A stretch of 64,000 bases of DNA from Candidatus Versatilivorator sp. (GTDB lineage: Bacteria; Acidobacteriota; Terriglobia; Versatilivoradales; Versatilivoraceae): contig OZ242296.1 of NCBI GenBank assembly GCA_965207735.1, positions 544,001 through 608,000 of the forward strand, read 5' to 3'. A model generated the notes under the pieces. That model was not told where the DNA came from. It did no database searches and was given only the letters and a program-made list of their open reading frames with translations. Shown one piece after another: positions 12,053 to 22,188 of this stretch (position 1 is the stretch's first letter; the number at the start of each line of letters is the position of its first letter). The position numbers and the translations under genes are program-made.

Positions 12053-13437
12053 TCGAAAGCCTGCGCAACATCTGGAATATGAATGACCTGAGGAAAAGGA
12101 TCCTCTTTACCTTGGGTATTTTGGCCGTGTACAGGGTCGGGGCTTTCATCCCCACCCCCGGGATCAACACCGAGGCCTTGCAACAGATTTTCGACCGCAG
12201 CCGGGGAACGGTTCTGGGTTTTCTGGATCTATTCTCCGGCGGCAATTTCGGCAACTTCACCATCTTTGCCTTAGGAATTACCCCCTACATCACGGCCTCG
12301 ATCATCCTGCAGTTGATGACCGTCGTTTGGCCCTATCTGGAGAGACTGTCCAAGGAAGGTGAACTCGGCCGCAAGAAGATAACCCAATACACCCGATATC
12401 TGACGGTCATGCTCAGTCTGGTGCAGTCGTTCGGCATCGCTTCTTTTCTACAGGGGATGCCTGCCGAGGCCGGAAGTCAAGTGGTTCTGAACCCTGGGTT
12501 CGGGTTCGTGTTCATGACCATGCTGACCCAGACTACGGGCACTGCGTTCATCATGTGGCTGGGAGAAAGGATCACCGAGAGGGGCATCGGAAATGGAATG
12601 TCGCTGATCATCTTTGCCGGAATCGTCAGCGGCTTGCCCAGCGCGGGCCATGAGATCTTTACCCGACTGGTGCAGCAGCAGTGGTCTCCGCTGTTCGTCA
12701 TGATCCTTCTGTCTATCATGGTGTTGGTGGTGGGGTTCATCGTGTTGGTGGAGAGGGCGCAGAGGCGGATTCCGGTGCAGTACGCCAAGCGCGTGGTGGG
12801 ACGCAGGGTCATGGGGGGGCAATCGACGCATCTTCCCCTGAAGGTGAATGTCGGCGGAGTGATCCCCGTCATCTTTGCGTCTTCCATACTCACTTTTCCG
12901 CAAACCTTCGGTCTGATGTTCGAGGACAGTCGATTTTTCAGAAGCCTGACCGAAGCCCTTGGGTTCGGCGAGCCTCTTTACAATCTCCTCTTTATCACCT
13001 TTATTATTTTCTTTTGTTACTTTTACACCTCTATCGTCTTCAATCCCACGGAAGTCGCCGGCAATATGAGAAAGTACGGAGGTTTCATTCCGGGAATCCG
13101 CCCCGGACGCGCTACCGCCGAGTACATCGAGACCATTCTGACTCGCATCACCTTTGCAGGAGCAATCTATCTGGCCCTGATTGCGGTCATTCCGGAATTC
13201 ATGATTACCGGTTTCCATATTAATCACCTGCCCTGGGTGGGCGGCTACTTCGAAGGGTTGCCCAACTGGATTTTAAACGGCATGGGAGTGCAGTTCTATT
13301 TTGGCGGGACCTCTCTGCTGATCGTGGTGGGGGTGGCCATGGACACCGTTCAACAGATCGAGGCCCAATTGGTGATGCGCCACTACGATGGATTCCTGGG
13401 ACCGCGGGGGCGTCGGATTCGCGGGCGGCGGATGTGA
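12049..13437 (+). CDS. secY: Preprotein translocase subunit SecY
   Basis: [48 protein letters not shown]. Confidence 0.99.
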   Translation: MIESLRNIWNMNDLRKRILFTLGILAVYRVGAFIPTPGINTEALQQIFDRSRGTVLGFLDLFSGGNFGNFTIFALGITPYITASIILQLMTVVWPYLERLSKEGELGRKKITQYTRYLTVMLSLVQSFGIASFLQGMPAEAGSQVVLNPGFGFVFMTMLTQTTGTAFIMWLGERITERGIGNGMSLIIFAGIVSGLPSAGHEIFTRLVQQQWSPLFVMILLSIMVLVVGFIVLVERAQRRIPVQYAKRVVGRRVMGGQSTHLPLKVNVGGVIPVIFASSILTFPQTFGLMFEDSRFFRSLTEALGFGEPLYNLLFITFIIFFCYFYTSIVFNPTEVAGNMRKYGGFIPGIRPGRATAEYIETILTRITFAGAIYLALIAVIPEFMITGFHINHLPWVGGYFEGLPNWILNGMGVQFYFGGTSLLIVVGVAMDTVQQIEAQLVMRHYDGFLGPRGRRIRGRRM

Positions 13438-13480
13438 GGCAGGAGGATCCGGCAAGTTTGGTTCCGGTCCGGGTCATTTG

Positions 13481-13509
13481 TTGGATTTGTAGGTAACGTG
13501 TTGTATCCT
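13481..13509 (+). promoter_or_regulatory. Possible sigma70 promoter for infA and the alpha operon
   Basis: TTGGAT-17 nt-TATCCT in an AT-richer spacer about 40 nt upstream of infA. Confidence 0.3.
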
Positions 13510-13551
13510 TGGAAGTTCGGGTTTTACTTTACTAGAGGGATGTGGTCCTGA

Positions 13552-13770
13552 ATGTCAAAGGAAGATGCCATTGAAGTGATGGCGGTTGTTCTGGAACCCT
13601 TACCCAATGCCATGTTCAAGGTTCAGTTGGAGAACAAGCACGTGGTTCTGGCCCATATCTCCGGGAAAATGCGCAAGAACTTTATTCGGATCCTGCCGGG
13701 AGACAAGGTCGCGGTGGAGTTGTCACCATACGACTTGAGCCGAGGCCGGATCGTCTATCGCTACAAGTAG
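13552..13770 (+). CDS. infA: Translation initiation factor IF-1
   Basis: MSKEDAIE...LPNAMF...AHISGKMR...ELSPYDL. Confidence 0.99.
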   Translation: MSKEDAIEVMAVVLEPLPNAMFKVQLENKHVVLAHISGKMRKNFIRILPGDKVAVELSPYDLSRGRIVYRYK

Positions 13771-13777
13771 GTCAACC

Positions 13778-13891
13778 ATGAAAGTCAGGGCATCCGTAAA
13801 GAAAATTTGTCCAAAATGCAAGATCATCCGCCGGCACGGGGTGGTGAGGGTGATTTGCGTCAACCCTAAATGCAAGCAGCGTCAGGGATAG
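13778..13891 (+). CDS. rpmJ: 50S ribosomal protein L36 (absent from the ORF track)
   Basis: Translated by hand: [37 protein letters not shown]. Confidence 0.97.
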   Translation: MKVRASVKKICPKCKIIRRHGVVRVICVNPKCKQRQG

Positions 13892-13936
13892 CGCGACCGT
13901 ACGGTTTCCGGTTCTCCTCCCTGGAAAGGAATGGAC

Positions 13937-14323
13937 GTGGCTCGGATCGTTGGCATCGATTTACCGAATGACAAGCGGGTGGAAGTCGGCCTGACCTACA
14001 TTCATGGCATTGGCAGGCCAAGATCACGCAAGATCCTTGATAAGGCGGAAATCAGCCTGGACACCAAGGTACGGGACCTTTCCGAGGAAGAGGTCACCCG
14101 CATCCGTCAAATCATCGAGGAGCAGAGCGGCGTTGAAGGCGACTTGCGCAAGGAAGTTGCCATGAACATCAAGCGGCTCATGGAGATCAGCTCTTATCGG
14201 GGATTGAGGCATCGACGTTCGCTTCCGGTAAGGGGGCAACGGACGCACACCAACGGTCGTACTCGCAAGGGGCCTCGTAGAGGCGCCGTGGCGGGCAAGA
14301 AGAAACCGGTCTCCAAGACTTGA
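13937..14323 (+). CDS. rpsM: 30S ribosomal protein S13
   Basis: ARIVGIDLP...LTYIHGIG...[20 protein letters not shown]. Confidence 0.98.
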   Translation: MARIVGIDLPNDKRVEVGLTYIHGIGRPRSRKILDKAEISLDTKVRDLSEEEVTRIRQIIEEQSGVEGDLRKEVAMNIKRLMEISSYRGLRHRRSLPVRGQRTHTNGRTRKGPRRGAVAGKKKPVSKT

Positions 14324-14356
14324 GAACGGGATCTGTGATCCCCGGGAGTGATTGTG

Positions 14357-14770
14357 ATGGCTAAGGCTCAGACCAAGTCCAAGAAAGGACGCAAGAAGGT
14401 CTTTCGGAGAAAGGAAAAGAAGGTTGTCTTGAGCGGAATTGTTTTCGTCCAGGCGACCTTCAACAACACGATCGTCAGCATCACCGACACGCGAGGCAAC
14501 CTGGTCTGCTGGTCCAGCGCGGGGTCCCTGGGATTCAGGGGTTCACGAAAGGGGACGCCCTTTGCGGCGCAGCAGGCCTCGATCACTGCCGGTAACATCG
14601 CTCGCGAGCACGGAATGAAGACCGTGGACGTCCGGGTGAAGGGTCCCGGGTCGGGGCGAGAATCCGCCATTCGCGCGCTGCAAACGGTGGGTCTGGAAGT
14701 CAAGTCCATTCGAGACGTCACTCCCATTCCTCACAACGGGTGCCGTCCGCCCAAGCGCAGACGGGTCTAG
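14357..14770 (+). CDS. rpsK: 30S ribosomal protein S11
   Basis: ATFNNTIV...[14 protein letters not shown]...[18 protein letters not shown]. Confidence 0.99.
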   Translation: MAKAQTKSKKGRKKVFRRKEKKVVLSGIVFVQATFNNTIVSITDTRGNLVCWSSAGSLGFRGSRKGTPFAAQQASITAGNIAREHGMKTVDVRVKGPGSGRESAIRALQTVGLEVKSIRDVTPIPHNGCRPPKRRRV

Positions 14771-14823
14771 TTCCAATTTGACCAGAGAACTGGATTGAAA
14801 TCTGCATAGCAAGGAGAAGGAAG

Positions 14824-15453
14824 TTGGCTACCTATCGCGGTTCCGTTTGTCGTCTCTGTCGTCGGGAAGGAATCAAGCTCTATCTCAAGGGAGACCGCTG
14901 CTTCAAGGATTCCTGCGCCATTGAAAAGAGGAATTTCATTCCCGGGCAGCATGGTAGAAGCCGCCGATCCAAGATAATCGGGTACGGTCTCCAATTGCGC
15001 GAGAAACAGAAGGTCAAGCGCATCTACGGATTGATGGAGCGTCAGTTTCGGAACTATTTCGAAAAGGCGTCCCGGCAAAAAGGGGTTACCGGCGAGAACC
15101 TGCTGGGGATGTTGGAGAGGCGTCTCGATAATGCGGTCTACCGCCTGGGCTTTGCATCCTCCAGGGCGCAGGGCCGGCAGTTGGTGGGGCACGGCCATAT
15201 TCGTGTCAATGATCGCAAGGTCAACATCCCCTCCTTCCAGTTAAAGCTGGGTGACTCGGTTTCGGTTCGCCAAAAGAGCTACAAGGTGCCAAGCATCGTG
15301 ACTTCAGTGGAGATGGTCGGAAGTCGTGGGGTTCCTGCCTGGCTGGAGTTGGATAGTTCCAACCTGTCGGGAAAAGTACTTTCCCTTCCTACCCGAGACG
15401 ATGTCAATCTGCCCGTGCAGGAACATTTGATCGTCGAACTTTATTCCAAGTAG
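14824..15453 (+). CDS. rpsD: 30S ribosomal protein S4 (Zn-binding form, TTG start)
   Basis: CRLCRREG...QLREKQK...[13 protein letters not shown]...IVELYSK. Confidence 0.98.
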   Translation: MATYRGSVCRLCRREGIKLYLKGDRCFKDSCAIEKRNFIPGQHGRSRRSKIIGYGLQLREKQKVKRIYGLMERQFRNYFEKASRQKGVTGENLLGMLERRLDNAVYRLGFASSRAQGRQLVGHGHIRVNDRKVNIPSFQLKLGDSVSVRQKSYKVPSIVTSVEMVGSRGVPAWLELDSSNLSGKVLSLPTRDDVNLPVQEHLIVELYSK

Positions 15454-15543
15454 CTTGTTCCCCAAAGTTCCCTTGGAAACGTCTAACGGGTCTTAATCAG
15501 GCTTTTGGCCAACAGGCTCCAACCCTGGGAGGGTCTATCACTT

Positions 15544-16539
15544 ATGTTGTGGAAAGGATTTCAGAAGCCCAAACGGCTCTCAATCAGCAGCGAGAATCAG
15601 GAGCAACACTACGGACAATTTACCGCACAGCCTTTCGAGCGCGGATTTGGAACCACGATAGGGAATGCGTTGAGACGGGTGCTGTTGTCTTCGATCGAAG
15701 GTGCCGCAGTGACGGCGGTCAAGATCGAAGGCATCCTGCACGAGTTCTCACCGATACCGGGAGTGGTGGAGGACGCGACCGACATCATTCTTAATCTCAA
15801 GCAGGTGTCGTTCAGGCTCAGCGGCGAGGGTCCCAAGACGTTGTATCTGGAGTCGGAATCCCCGGGGGTGGTGACCTCTGCCGATATTCAGACCGATGCA
15901 GACGTTGAAATCCTGGATAAGACCGTCTATCTGGCGACTGTAAGCGAAGGAGGACGCTTGCAGATGGAAATCAGGCTGAAGCATGGACGAGGATACGTCT
16001 CGGCTGACCGGAATTTTGATGACGATCTATCGATTGGCTTTATCCCCATCGACTCCGTTCATTCCCCGGTCCGAAAGGTCAACTATACGGTTGAACCCTC
16101 CAGGTTGGGTCAGATGACCGACTACGACAAGTTGTCCCTGGATGTCTGGACCAATGGATGCGTTACTCCCCAGGACGCCGTGGGGCTTGCGGCCAAGTTG
16201 ATCAGAGACCATATGTCCATCTTCATCAACTTCGAGGAACAGGCTGAAGATGAGGAGGAGCCGGCCAGTCAAGTCGTGGAGGTGGTCAACGAGAATCTCT
16301 CCAAATCGGTTGACGAACTGGAGCTCTCGGTTCGTTCCTACAACTGTTTGAAGAATGCCAATATCAAGACCATAGGGGAACTGGTCCAGAAGACCGAGTC
16401 GGAAATGCTCAAGACCAAGAATTTCGGTCGCAAGTCGTTGAATGAGATCAAGGATATTCTCGGAAGCATGGGACTGGGTCTCGGTATGGAACTGGATGAA
16501 AGAGGCCAGCCGGTCGAAGCATCAGTGACCGAAGAATAA
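15544..16539 (+). CDS. rpoA: RNA polymerase alpha subunit
   Basis: [42 protein letters not shown]. Confidence 0.99.
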   Translation: MLWKGFQKPKRLSISSENQEQHYGQFTAQPFERGFGTTIGNALRRVLLSSIEGAAVTAVKIEGILHEFSPIPGVVEDATDIILNLKQVSFRLSGEGPKTLYLESESPGVVTSADIQTDADVEILDKTVYLATVSEGGRLQMEIRLKHGRGYVSADRNFDDDLSIGFIPIDSVHSPVRKVNYTVEPSRLGQMTDYDKLSLDVWTNGCVTPQDAVGLAAKLIRDHMSIFINFEEQAEDEEEPASQVVEVVNENLSKSVDELELSVRSYNCLKNANIKTIGELVQKTESEMLKTKNFGRKSLNEIKDILGSMGLGLGMELDERGQPVEASVTEE

Positions 16540-16589
16540 ATGGGCCCGGCTGTGGCTCCCGGCAGGATTTGTCGTTCCGGAGGGTTTGG

Positions 16590-17024
16590 ATGAGACATCG
16601 TGTACACGGACGAAAACTGGGGCGAACGCCTCCCCATCGACGGGCGCTGCTCAGAAACCTATGTACTTCTCTGTTGGAGCACGAACGTATTACCACGACG
16701 GTTCAAAAGGCCAAAGAGGTCAGACCGCTGGCTGAGAAGATGATCACCCTTGGCAAGCGAGAGACACTACACGCCAGGCGTCAGGCTGCTCGATTTCTTT
16801 TGAAGGCTGCAGTTGTCCAGAAACTCTTCGATAGCATTGCTCCTCGCTATGCCGACCGCGCCGGCGGTTACACTCGCATCCTGAAGCGGGGACCGCGTGC
16901 GGGAGATGGAGCCGAGTTGGCCATCATTGAGCTGATTTCGGACGAGTCGGAGAAGAAGTCCAAGTCCGCCGGCGCCAAGAGTCAGGACAAGACCAAGGAG
17001 GAGCAACCCAAGGAAGACCAGTAG
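16590..17024 (+). CDS. rplQ: 50S ribosomal protein L17
   Basis: [12 protein letters not shown]...HERITTT...GGYTRI...GDGA. Confidence 0.98.
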   Translation: MRHRVHGRKLGRTPPHRRALLRNLCTSLLEHERITTTVQKAKEVRPLAEKMITLGKRETLHARRQAARFLLKAAVVQKLFDSIAPRYADRAGGYTRILKRGPRAGDGAELAIIELISDESEKKSKSAGAKSQDKTKEEQPKEDQ

Positions 17025-17423
17025 GAGACGCTTCCTCGACCGACTCGCGCCAACCGCGGCTTCGCCGCTATCCCCCCAACCAAGACCCTGCCGGCGGAAA
17101 GAAAATTTTTAGCGATCATCCCCCGGGCGCCAGCCCGGGATTCCAGTAAGCCGCGACTGCGGCGCCTGCAGATAGTCATAGGCGTAAGCCCATTGGACAT
17201 CGGTAGCTCCATCCCCCCGGCCGCGAAGGCGGCGACCGTAGTTCTCCCTGGCGTTCGATCTCAAGCAGCCTGGGCGCGCCCAGTGCAGTCGATTCCCTGA
17301 AGGGTCTCGCAATAAACGCTTCAAAATGCTAAAAACAAACTCTCTCCCTAGCGATTCCTAGTGACTCGGTGAGAAAGGCGGGCTGAGGAACGGGAGTCCC
17401 GGCCCGATCAACAGGAGGCTGCG

Positions 17424-17969
17424 CTGAGCGACCATTACCGGCTGAACCACAGCCAGACCGTTTATCGGGGAAGAGTGATCGATCTCACGGTCGACCGCAT
17501 CACCATGGCCTCCGGAACGCAGGCGGTGCGAGAAGTGGTTGTGCACCCGGGAGGCGCGGCGGTGGTGCCGGTGTTTTCGAACGGGGATGTCCTGCTGGTG
17601 GAACAGTTCCGCTATCCGATGCAGCAGTCACTGCTGGAACTGCCGGCAGGAAAGATCGACCCTGGAGAGTTGCCCGAGGAGACGGCCGCCAGAGAATTGG
17701 AGGAGGAAGTGAGCTTCAGAGCGGGCAGGCTGGAGAAGCTGGCGGAATTTTATACGACGCCGGGGTTTTGCAACGAGCTTCTCCACCTTTTTCTGGCCAC
17801 AGACTTGGAACCCGGTCGAAGGGCCGGAGATGAGGATGAGGAACTCTCCGTCCATCGCTTTTCCCCCAAGCAACTGGAGAAGCTGATCCGTCTGGGTAGG
17901 ATCGTCGACGCCAAGACACTCATCGGCCTTCACCTTCTGTTGGCCAATCCAGAATATCGGGCGCCCTGA
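17424..17969 (+). CDS. NUDIX hydrolase, ADP-ribose pyrophosphatase (NudF)-like; probable CTG start (GTG alternative at 17475)
   Basis: Nudix box LPAGKIDPGELPEETAARELEEE; REVVVHPG, EQFRYP, FYTTPG, DAKT. Confidence 0.88.
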   Translation: MSDHYRLNHSQTVYRGRVIDLTVDRITMASGTQAVREVVVHPGGAAVVPVFSNGDVLLVEQFRYPMQQSLLELPAGKIDPGELPEETAARELEEEVSFRAGRLEKLAEFYTTPGFCNELLHLFLATDLEPGRRAGDEDEELSVHRFSPKQLEKLIRLGRIVDAKTLIGLHLLLANPEYRAP

Positions 17970-18054
17970 CGACTTCACTTTCGCGAATGGAGCCAAGAAT
18001 CCCAGGACAGTAGCTTGACCCGCCATTTGTGCTTTTCGAGGAGACCCCGATTCC

Positions 18055-19554
18055 ATGCCAAGAAAACGAGTTCGCCGCCTGTTTCCTGATGTGCTGACCC
18101 GTGTGTTTGAGGTCCATGTCCTGGCAATCCTGGTAGCCATAGTGGCCACCGGTTCCCTGACGGAAAGGATTGGAGCGGAGGAAACGGCCGAGGCTCCGGT
18201 GTGGCCGAGATTCCGGGGCCCTGATGGTATGGGTGTCTCCGATGATCGAAACCTCCCGGTCCACTTTGGGCCGGAAGAGAACCTCATCTGGAAGACGGGT
18301 CTGCTGCCGGGAGAGTCGTCTCCGGTGATTGCCGGCGATCGTGTGTTCCTGACCGGGGCCTCTGAGGATTCTCTGGTCACCTATGGTCTCGACCGCGGTA
18401 CAGGCCGGATCCTCTGGCAGCGTTCTCTGGCAAGGGACCGGGATCCGAGGTACCACAAGATCAACTCCACCGCTTCTCCAACGCCGGCTACCGATGGAGA
18501 CGTCCTGGTCGTATTTTTTGGGGATTTCGGCCTCGTTGCCTATGAGTTGGACGGGCGTGAGCGATGGCGATTGCCGGTCGGACCGTTGAACAACGTCAAT
18601 GGGCACGGCGCATCGCCGATCCTGGCAGACGGCAAGGTCGTCATGGTCTGTGACCAGGACAGCGGCTCCTACATGATTGCGGTGGACAAGGACAGCGGGC
18701 GGGTGCTTTGGAGAACGGAGAGGCCTGAGGTTACCCGAGGCTATTCGACCCCGGCGGTATTTAGGCGCAGGGGTGAACCCACGGAGCTGATTGTGCCGGG
18801 ATCCTATCAGTTGATCGGCTACTCGCTGGATCGGGGTGAGAAGCTCTGGTGGCTGCGGGGCATGGCCTGGCAGCTCAAGTCGGTGCCGCTGATCGACGGC
18901 GACAGGATCTACCTCAATGCCTGGGAATCCGGAGGGAATAGCGCCGTTCGCGTCGACCTTCCCTCCCATGCCCAAGTTTTGGCAGAGCGGGACACGGATG
19001 GGGACGGACGGTTGTCCTTGGAGGAGATCGAAGGATTCAAGCCGTCCAGGACGTGGCGGAATGTGGATCTGGACAAGGATCGATTCCTGAGCCGGCTGGA
19101 TTGGGAATTCTATCGAGCCCGCCTGGAGGCCCAGAACAACATGATGGCCATTCGGCATGGAGGGCGCGGAGACCTGACCGGCAGCAATATTCTTTGGCGA
19201 TATCGAAAATCCCTGCCAAACGTCTCTTCTCCGCTCCTTTACCAATCCGTCCTCTACCTGGTCAAGGATGGTGGAATCGTCACCACCCTGGATCCGGAGA
19301 GTGGGGACGTGCTCAAGCAGGCCCGCCTGAACGGGGCGACCGACCGCTACTATTCCTCTCCCGTTGGCGTGGACGGCAAGGTGTACCTGATCAGCCAGAC
19401 CGGCAAAGCCCCGGTCTTGAAGGCGGGAGGCCAATGGGAGGTTCTGGCGCTCAACGATCTTGCGGAAGAGTGTTACGCCACGCCGGCGATTGCCGACAGC
19501 CGACTCTACGTTCGCACACGCCAGACGCTCTACTGTTTCGCTCGTCTTCCCTGA
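18055..19554 (+). CDS. Secreted PQQ-like beta-propeller repeat protein with EF-hand-like insert
   Basis: WPRFRGPDG, SSP, TPA and GxxxW propeller repeats; DTDGDGRLSLEE. Confidence 0.85.
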   Translation: MPRKRVRRLFPDVLTRVFEVHVLAILVAIVATGSLTERIGAEETAEAPVWPRFRGPDGMGVSDDRNLPVHFGPEENLIWKTGLLPGESSPVIAGDRVFLTGASEDSLVTYGLDRGTGRILWQRSLARDRDPRYHKINSTASPTPATDGDVLVVFFGDFGLVAYELDGRERWRLPVGPLNNVNGHGASPILADGKVVMVCDQDSGSYMIAVDKDSGRVLWRTERPEVTRGYSTPAVFRRRGEPTELIVPGSYQLIGYSLDRGEKLWWLRGMAWQLKSVPLIDGDRIYLNAWESGGNSAVRVDLPSHAQVLAERDTDGDGRLSLEEIEGFKPSRTWRNVDLDKDRFLSRLDWEFYRARLEAQNNMMAIRHGGRGDLTGSNILWRYRKSLPNVSSPLLYQSVLYLVKDGGIVTTLDPESGDVLKQARLNGATDRYYSSPVGVDGKVYLISQTGKAPVLKAGGQWEVLALNDLAEECYATPAIADSRLYVRTRQTLYCFARLP

Positions 19555-19561
19555 TTCAACC

Positions 19562-19804
19562 CGCGCGAAACGATACGCAGGATGCCCGCAATCGGGGCAA
19601 GGCGGTTGAGGACCATAATCCTGTGCATCCTGTGCATCCATGTTAATTAAAAAACAAGAAACATGGATTAACAGGATAGACAGGATTACCAGGACGGGAC
19701 GCTGTTGCAGGGAAAGCCGAATCGCGCGAAACGATACGCAGGATGCCCGCAATCGGGGCAAGGCGGTTGAGGACCATAATCCTGTGCATCCTGTGCATCC
19801 ATGT
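19562..19804. repeat. Exact 82-bp direct repeat (19562-19643 and 19723-19804) plus a MITE-like unit 19661-19804 with 28-bp imperfect terminal inverted repeats made of 9-nt units
   Basis: ACATGGATTAACAGGATAGACAGGATTA (19661-19688) versus TAATCCTGTGCATCCTGTGCATCCATGT (19777-19804), 24/28 complementary. Confidence 0.9.
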
Positions 19805-19899
19805 AAATAGATCTTTTTGCGCTCGGGGCCGAGACCAAACGCCGGAACCTGAAGGGCGTCATTTCGTATCCTTGGTGGATTTTTTTCCCCGTTCCTGTT

Positions 19900-19950
19900 T
19901 TCTTCGTGGCCCTTAGGCGTCCTTCGTGGTCCTTCGTGGATTACTCTTTT
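19900..19950 (-). repeat. CACGAAG periodic dispersed repeat, copy 1
   Basis: TTCTTCGTGGCCCTTAGGCGTCCTTCGTGGTCCTTCGTGGATTACTCTTTT; similar to copies at about 23.27, 46.47, 49.87 and 55.64 kb. Confidence 0.85.
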
Positions 19951-20043
19951 AACCCCGTCGCATGCAGCGCGAATCCGGTTTGTTTCAGGTACGCGGAATT
20001 TCCAGGCGGGCGAACAATTCGATTCACGTCCTTCAGGAGATGA

Positions 20044-21534
20044 GTGATCTTGGGTTCCGATCAGGCATACGATCGCAGTCACTACTCCCTCTTGACGGAT
20101 CTCTACCAGTTGACCATGGCCTATGGCTACTGGAAGACCGGGTGGCAGGAGAAGGAAGCCGTCTTCAACCTCACCTTCCGCAATGCTCCCTTCGGTGGTG
20201 GGTTTTCCATTGCCTGCGGGCTCGCCGGCGTCATTGAGTACCTGGACCGATACGCTTTCAATACCGAGGATATCCACTATCTGCGGAGCCTGACCGGCAA
20301 CGATGGCCGACCCATCTTTCAGACCGACTTTCTGAGCTATCTGGAAGGGCTGCAACTGACCTGCGAGGTTGACGGCTTCCCCGAGGGGACCTTGGTCTTT
20401 CCTCACGAACCCGTGCTGCGTGTACGGGGGCCGATCATTCAATGCCAACTCCTGGAGACAACCCTGCTGAATATCCTCAACTTTGAGTCGCTGATTGCCA
20501 CCAAGGCAGCCCGGGTATGTCTGGCAGCCGCCGGTGATCCCGTGCTGGAATTCGGTCTGCGGCGGGCGCAGGGAAGCGATGGCGGCCTGACGGCCAGCCG
20601 GGCCGCCTATATCGGCGGCTGCGTCGCCACCTCCAACCTTCTGGCCGGGAAGCGCTTTGGAATTCCAGTCCGGGGAACTCATGCCCACAGTTGGGTCATG
20701 GCTTTTGGAAGCGAACTGGAGTCTTTCGAAGCATACGCCAGGGCGCTCCCCAACAATTGTGTCTTTCTGGTGGATACCTTCGACACCGTGGAGGGAGTCC
20801 GCAACGCGGTCCGGGTAGGGAAGCAGCTCCGAAAATCGGGCCATGAGATGGTTGGGGTTCGCCTCGATTCAGGAAACCTGGAGCAGCTCAGCCGGGATGC
20901 CCGCAAGATTCTGGACGAGGCGGGCTTCGCCGAAGCGGTGATCATTGCCAGCAACGATCTCGACGAACACCTCATCGCCTCTCTCAAGAACAGCGGAGCG
21001 GCCGTTGGCGTCTGGGGCGTCGGAACCAGGATGGTGACGGCGGACGGACAGCCGGCAATGGGCGGAGTCTACAAGCTGTCAGCCGTTCGCGGCTCCTCGG
21101 GGGACTGGGACTACAAGATGAAGCTGTCCGAACAGGCGGTCAAGATGTCGATTCCGGGCATCCTTCAAGTCCGCCGGTTCGAAAAGGCCGGGAAATTTGT
21201 GGGAGATGTCATCTACGATGTGGGCTTGGGAGCGGGCAGCCGGCAGGTGTTGATGGATCCCGTTGGGGTCGGCCGCGAGCGGCGGTCTCCGCCAGGTGGG
21301 GCTGGTGAAGATCAGCTGGTTCCGATCTGGCGAATCGGAAAGCAGGTCTATGGACCGGAGTCTGTGGATTGCTGTCGCCAACGGGTTCAGAAGCAGTTGG
21401 CCCGATTGGACCCCGGGGTGAAGCGTTTTTCCCGACCCAAGCGCTATCCGGTGGGTCTGGAATCCAGGCTTCATCGGTTGAGGGAAAGGATGATCCAGGG
21501 GAGCGGTCGGCATGGAAGCCTTGATAGTGGTTGA
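20044..21534 (+). CDS. pncB: Nicotinate phosphoribosyltransferase
   Basis: LLTDLYQLTM, EFGLRRAQG, GTHAHSWV, LVDTFD, GVRLDSG, GGVYKL. Confidence 0.96.
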   Translation: MILGSDQAYDRSHYSLLTDLYQLTMAYGYWKTGWQEKEAVFNLTFRNAPFGGGFSIACGLAGVIEYLDRYAFNTEDIHYLRSLTGNDGRPIFQTDFLSYLEGLQLTCEVDGFPEGTLVFPHEPVLRVRGPIIQCQLLETTLLNILNFESLIATKAARVCLAAAGDPVLEFGLRRAQGSDGGLTASRAAYIGGCVATSNLLAGKRFGIPVRGTHAHSWVMAFGSELESFEAYARALPNNCVFLVDTFDTVEGVRNAVRVGKQLRKSGHEMVGVRLDSGNLEQLSRDARKILDEAGFAEAVIIASNDLDEHLIASLKNSGAAVGVWGVGTRMVTADGQPAMGGVYKLSAVRGSSGDWDYKMKLSEQAVKMSIPGILQVRRFEKAGKFVGDVIYDVGLGAGSRQVLMDPVGVGRERRSPPGGAGEDQLVPIWRIGKQVYGPESVDCCRQRVQKQLARLDPGVKRFSRPKRYPVGLESRLHRLRERMIQGSGRHGSLDSG

Positions 21535-22135
21535 CGTTCAGAATGATTTCATTGCCGGGGGAGCGCTGGCGGTGCCCGGGGGAGATGCAGTGATACCCCT
21601 GGTCAACCGGTTGCAGGCGAACTTCCAATTGATCGCCGCAACCCAGGACTGGCACCCTCCCTATCATGGCAGCTTTGCCGCCAACCACCCCGGAAAACAT
21701 CCGGGGGACTTGATAGAGTTGGAGGGGCTCGAGCAGACCTTGTGGCCGGCGCATTGCGTGCAGAATACGCCGGGAGCTGATTTTGCGCCAGGTTTGAACC
21801 GAGACCGCTGGGGCAAGGTGGTCCTGAAGGGGACTGATGCCAACATTGATAGTTACAGCGGCTTCTACGACAACGGCCATCGCAAGGCGACCGGCCTCGG
21901 GGAATACCTGCGTCGAAAGGGTGTGAGCACGGTGTTTGTAGCGGGATTGGCCACCGACTACTGTGTCAAGTTCACCGCGCTGGATGCACAGGCCTTGGGG
22001 TTTGCAACCCTTGTGGTCCGGGATTGTTGCCGGGGTGTCGATCTGAATCCGGGAGACGTGGAAGGCGCGATCAATGAAATGAGGGCGGCTGGTGTTGCAA
22101 TCGTGGACAGCGCCGACTTGGGAAAACCTCTGTAG
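21512..22135 (+). CDS. pncA: Nicotinamidase/pyrazinamidase
   Basis: VDVQNDF, TQDWHP, WPAHCVQ, DSYSGF, GLATDYCV. Confidence 0.96.
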   Translation: MEALIVVDVQNDFIAGGALAVPGGDAVIPLVNRLQANFQLIAATQDWHPPYHGSFAANHPGKHPGDLIELEGLEQTLWPAHCVQNTPGADFAPGLNRDRWGKVVLKGTDANIDSYSGFYDNGHRKATGLGEYLRRKGVSTVFVAGLATDYCVKFTALDAQALGFATLVVRDCCRGVDLNPGDVEGAINEMRAAGVAIVDSADLGKPL

Positions 22136-22188
22136 CGGTAGGGATCGGGAGAGCCTTTCGGGCCGGGACGGCGGAGCATCACCCCGGC

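Noticed and set aside
19562-19804. Possible CRISPR array
   Set aside because: Only two 82-bp repeats, no series of unique spacers, no cas genes
17920-20844. 974-aa minus-strand ORF crossing the repeats
   Set aside because: Antisense to the PQQ gene and pncB; long stop-free antisense frames are expected in GC-rich coding DNA
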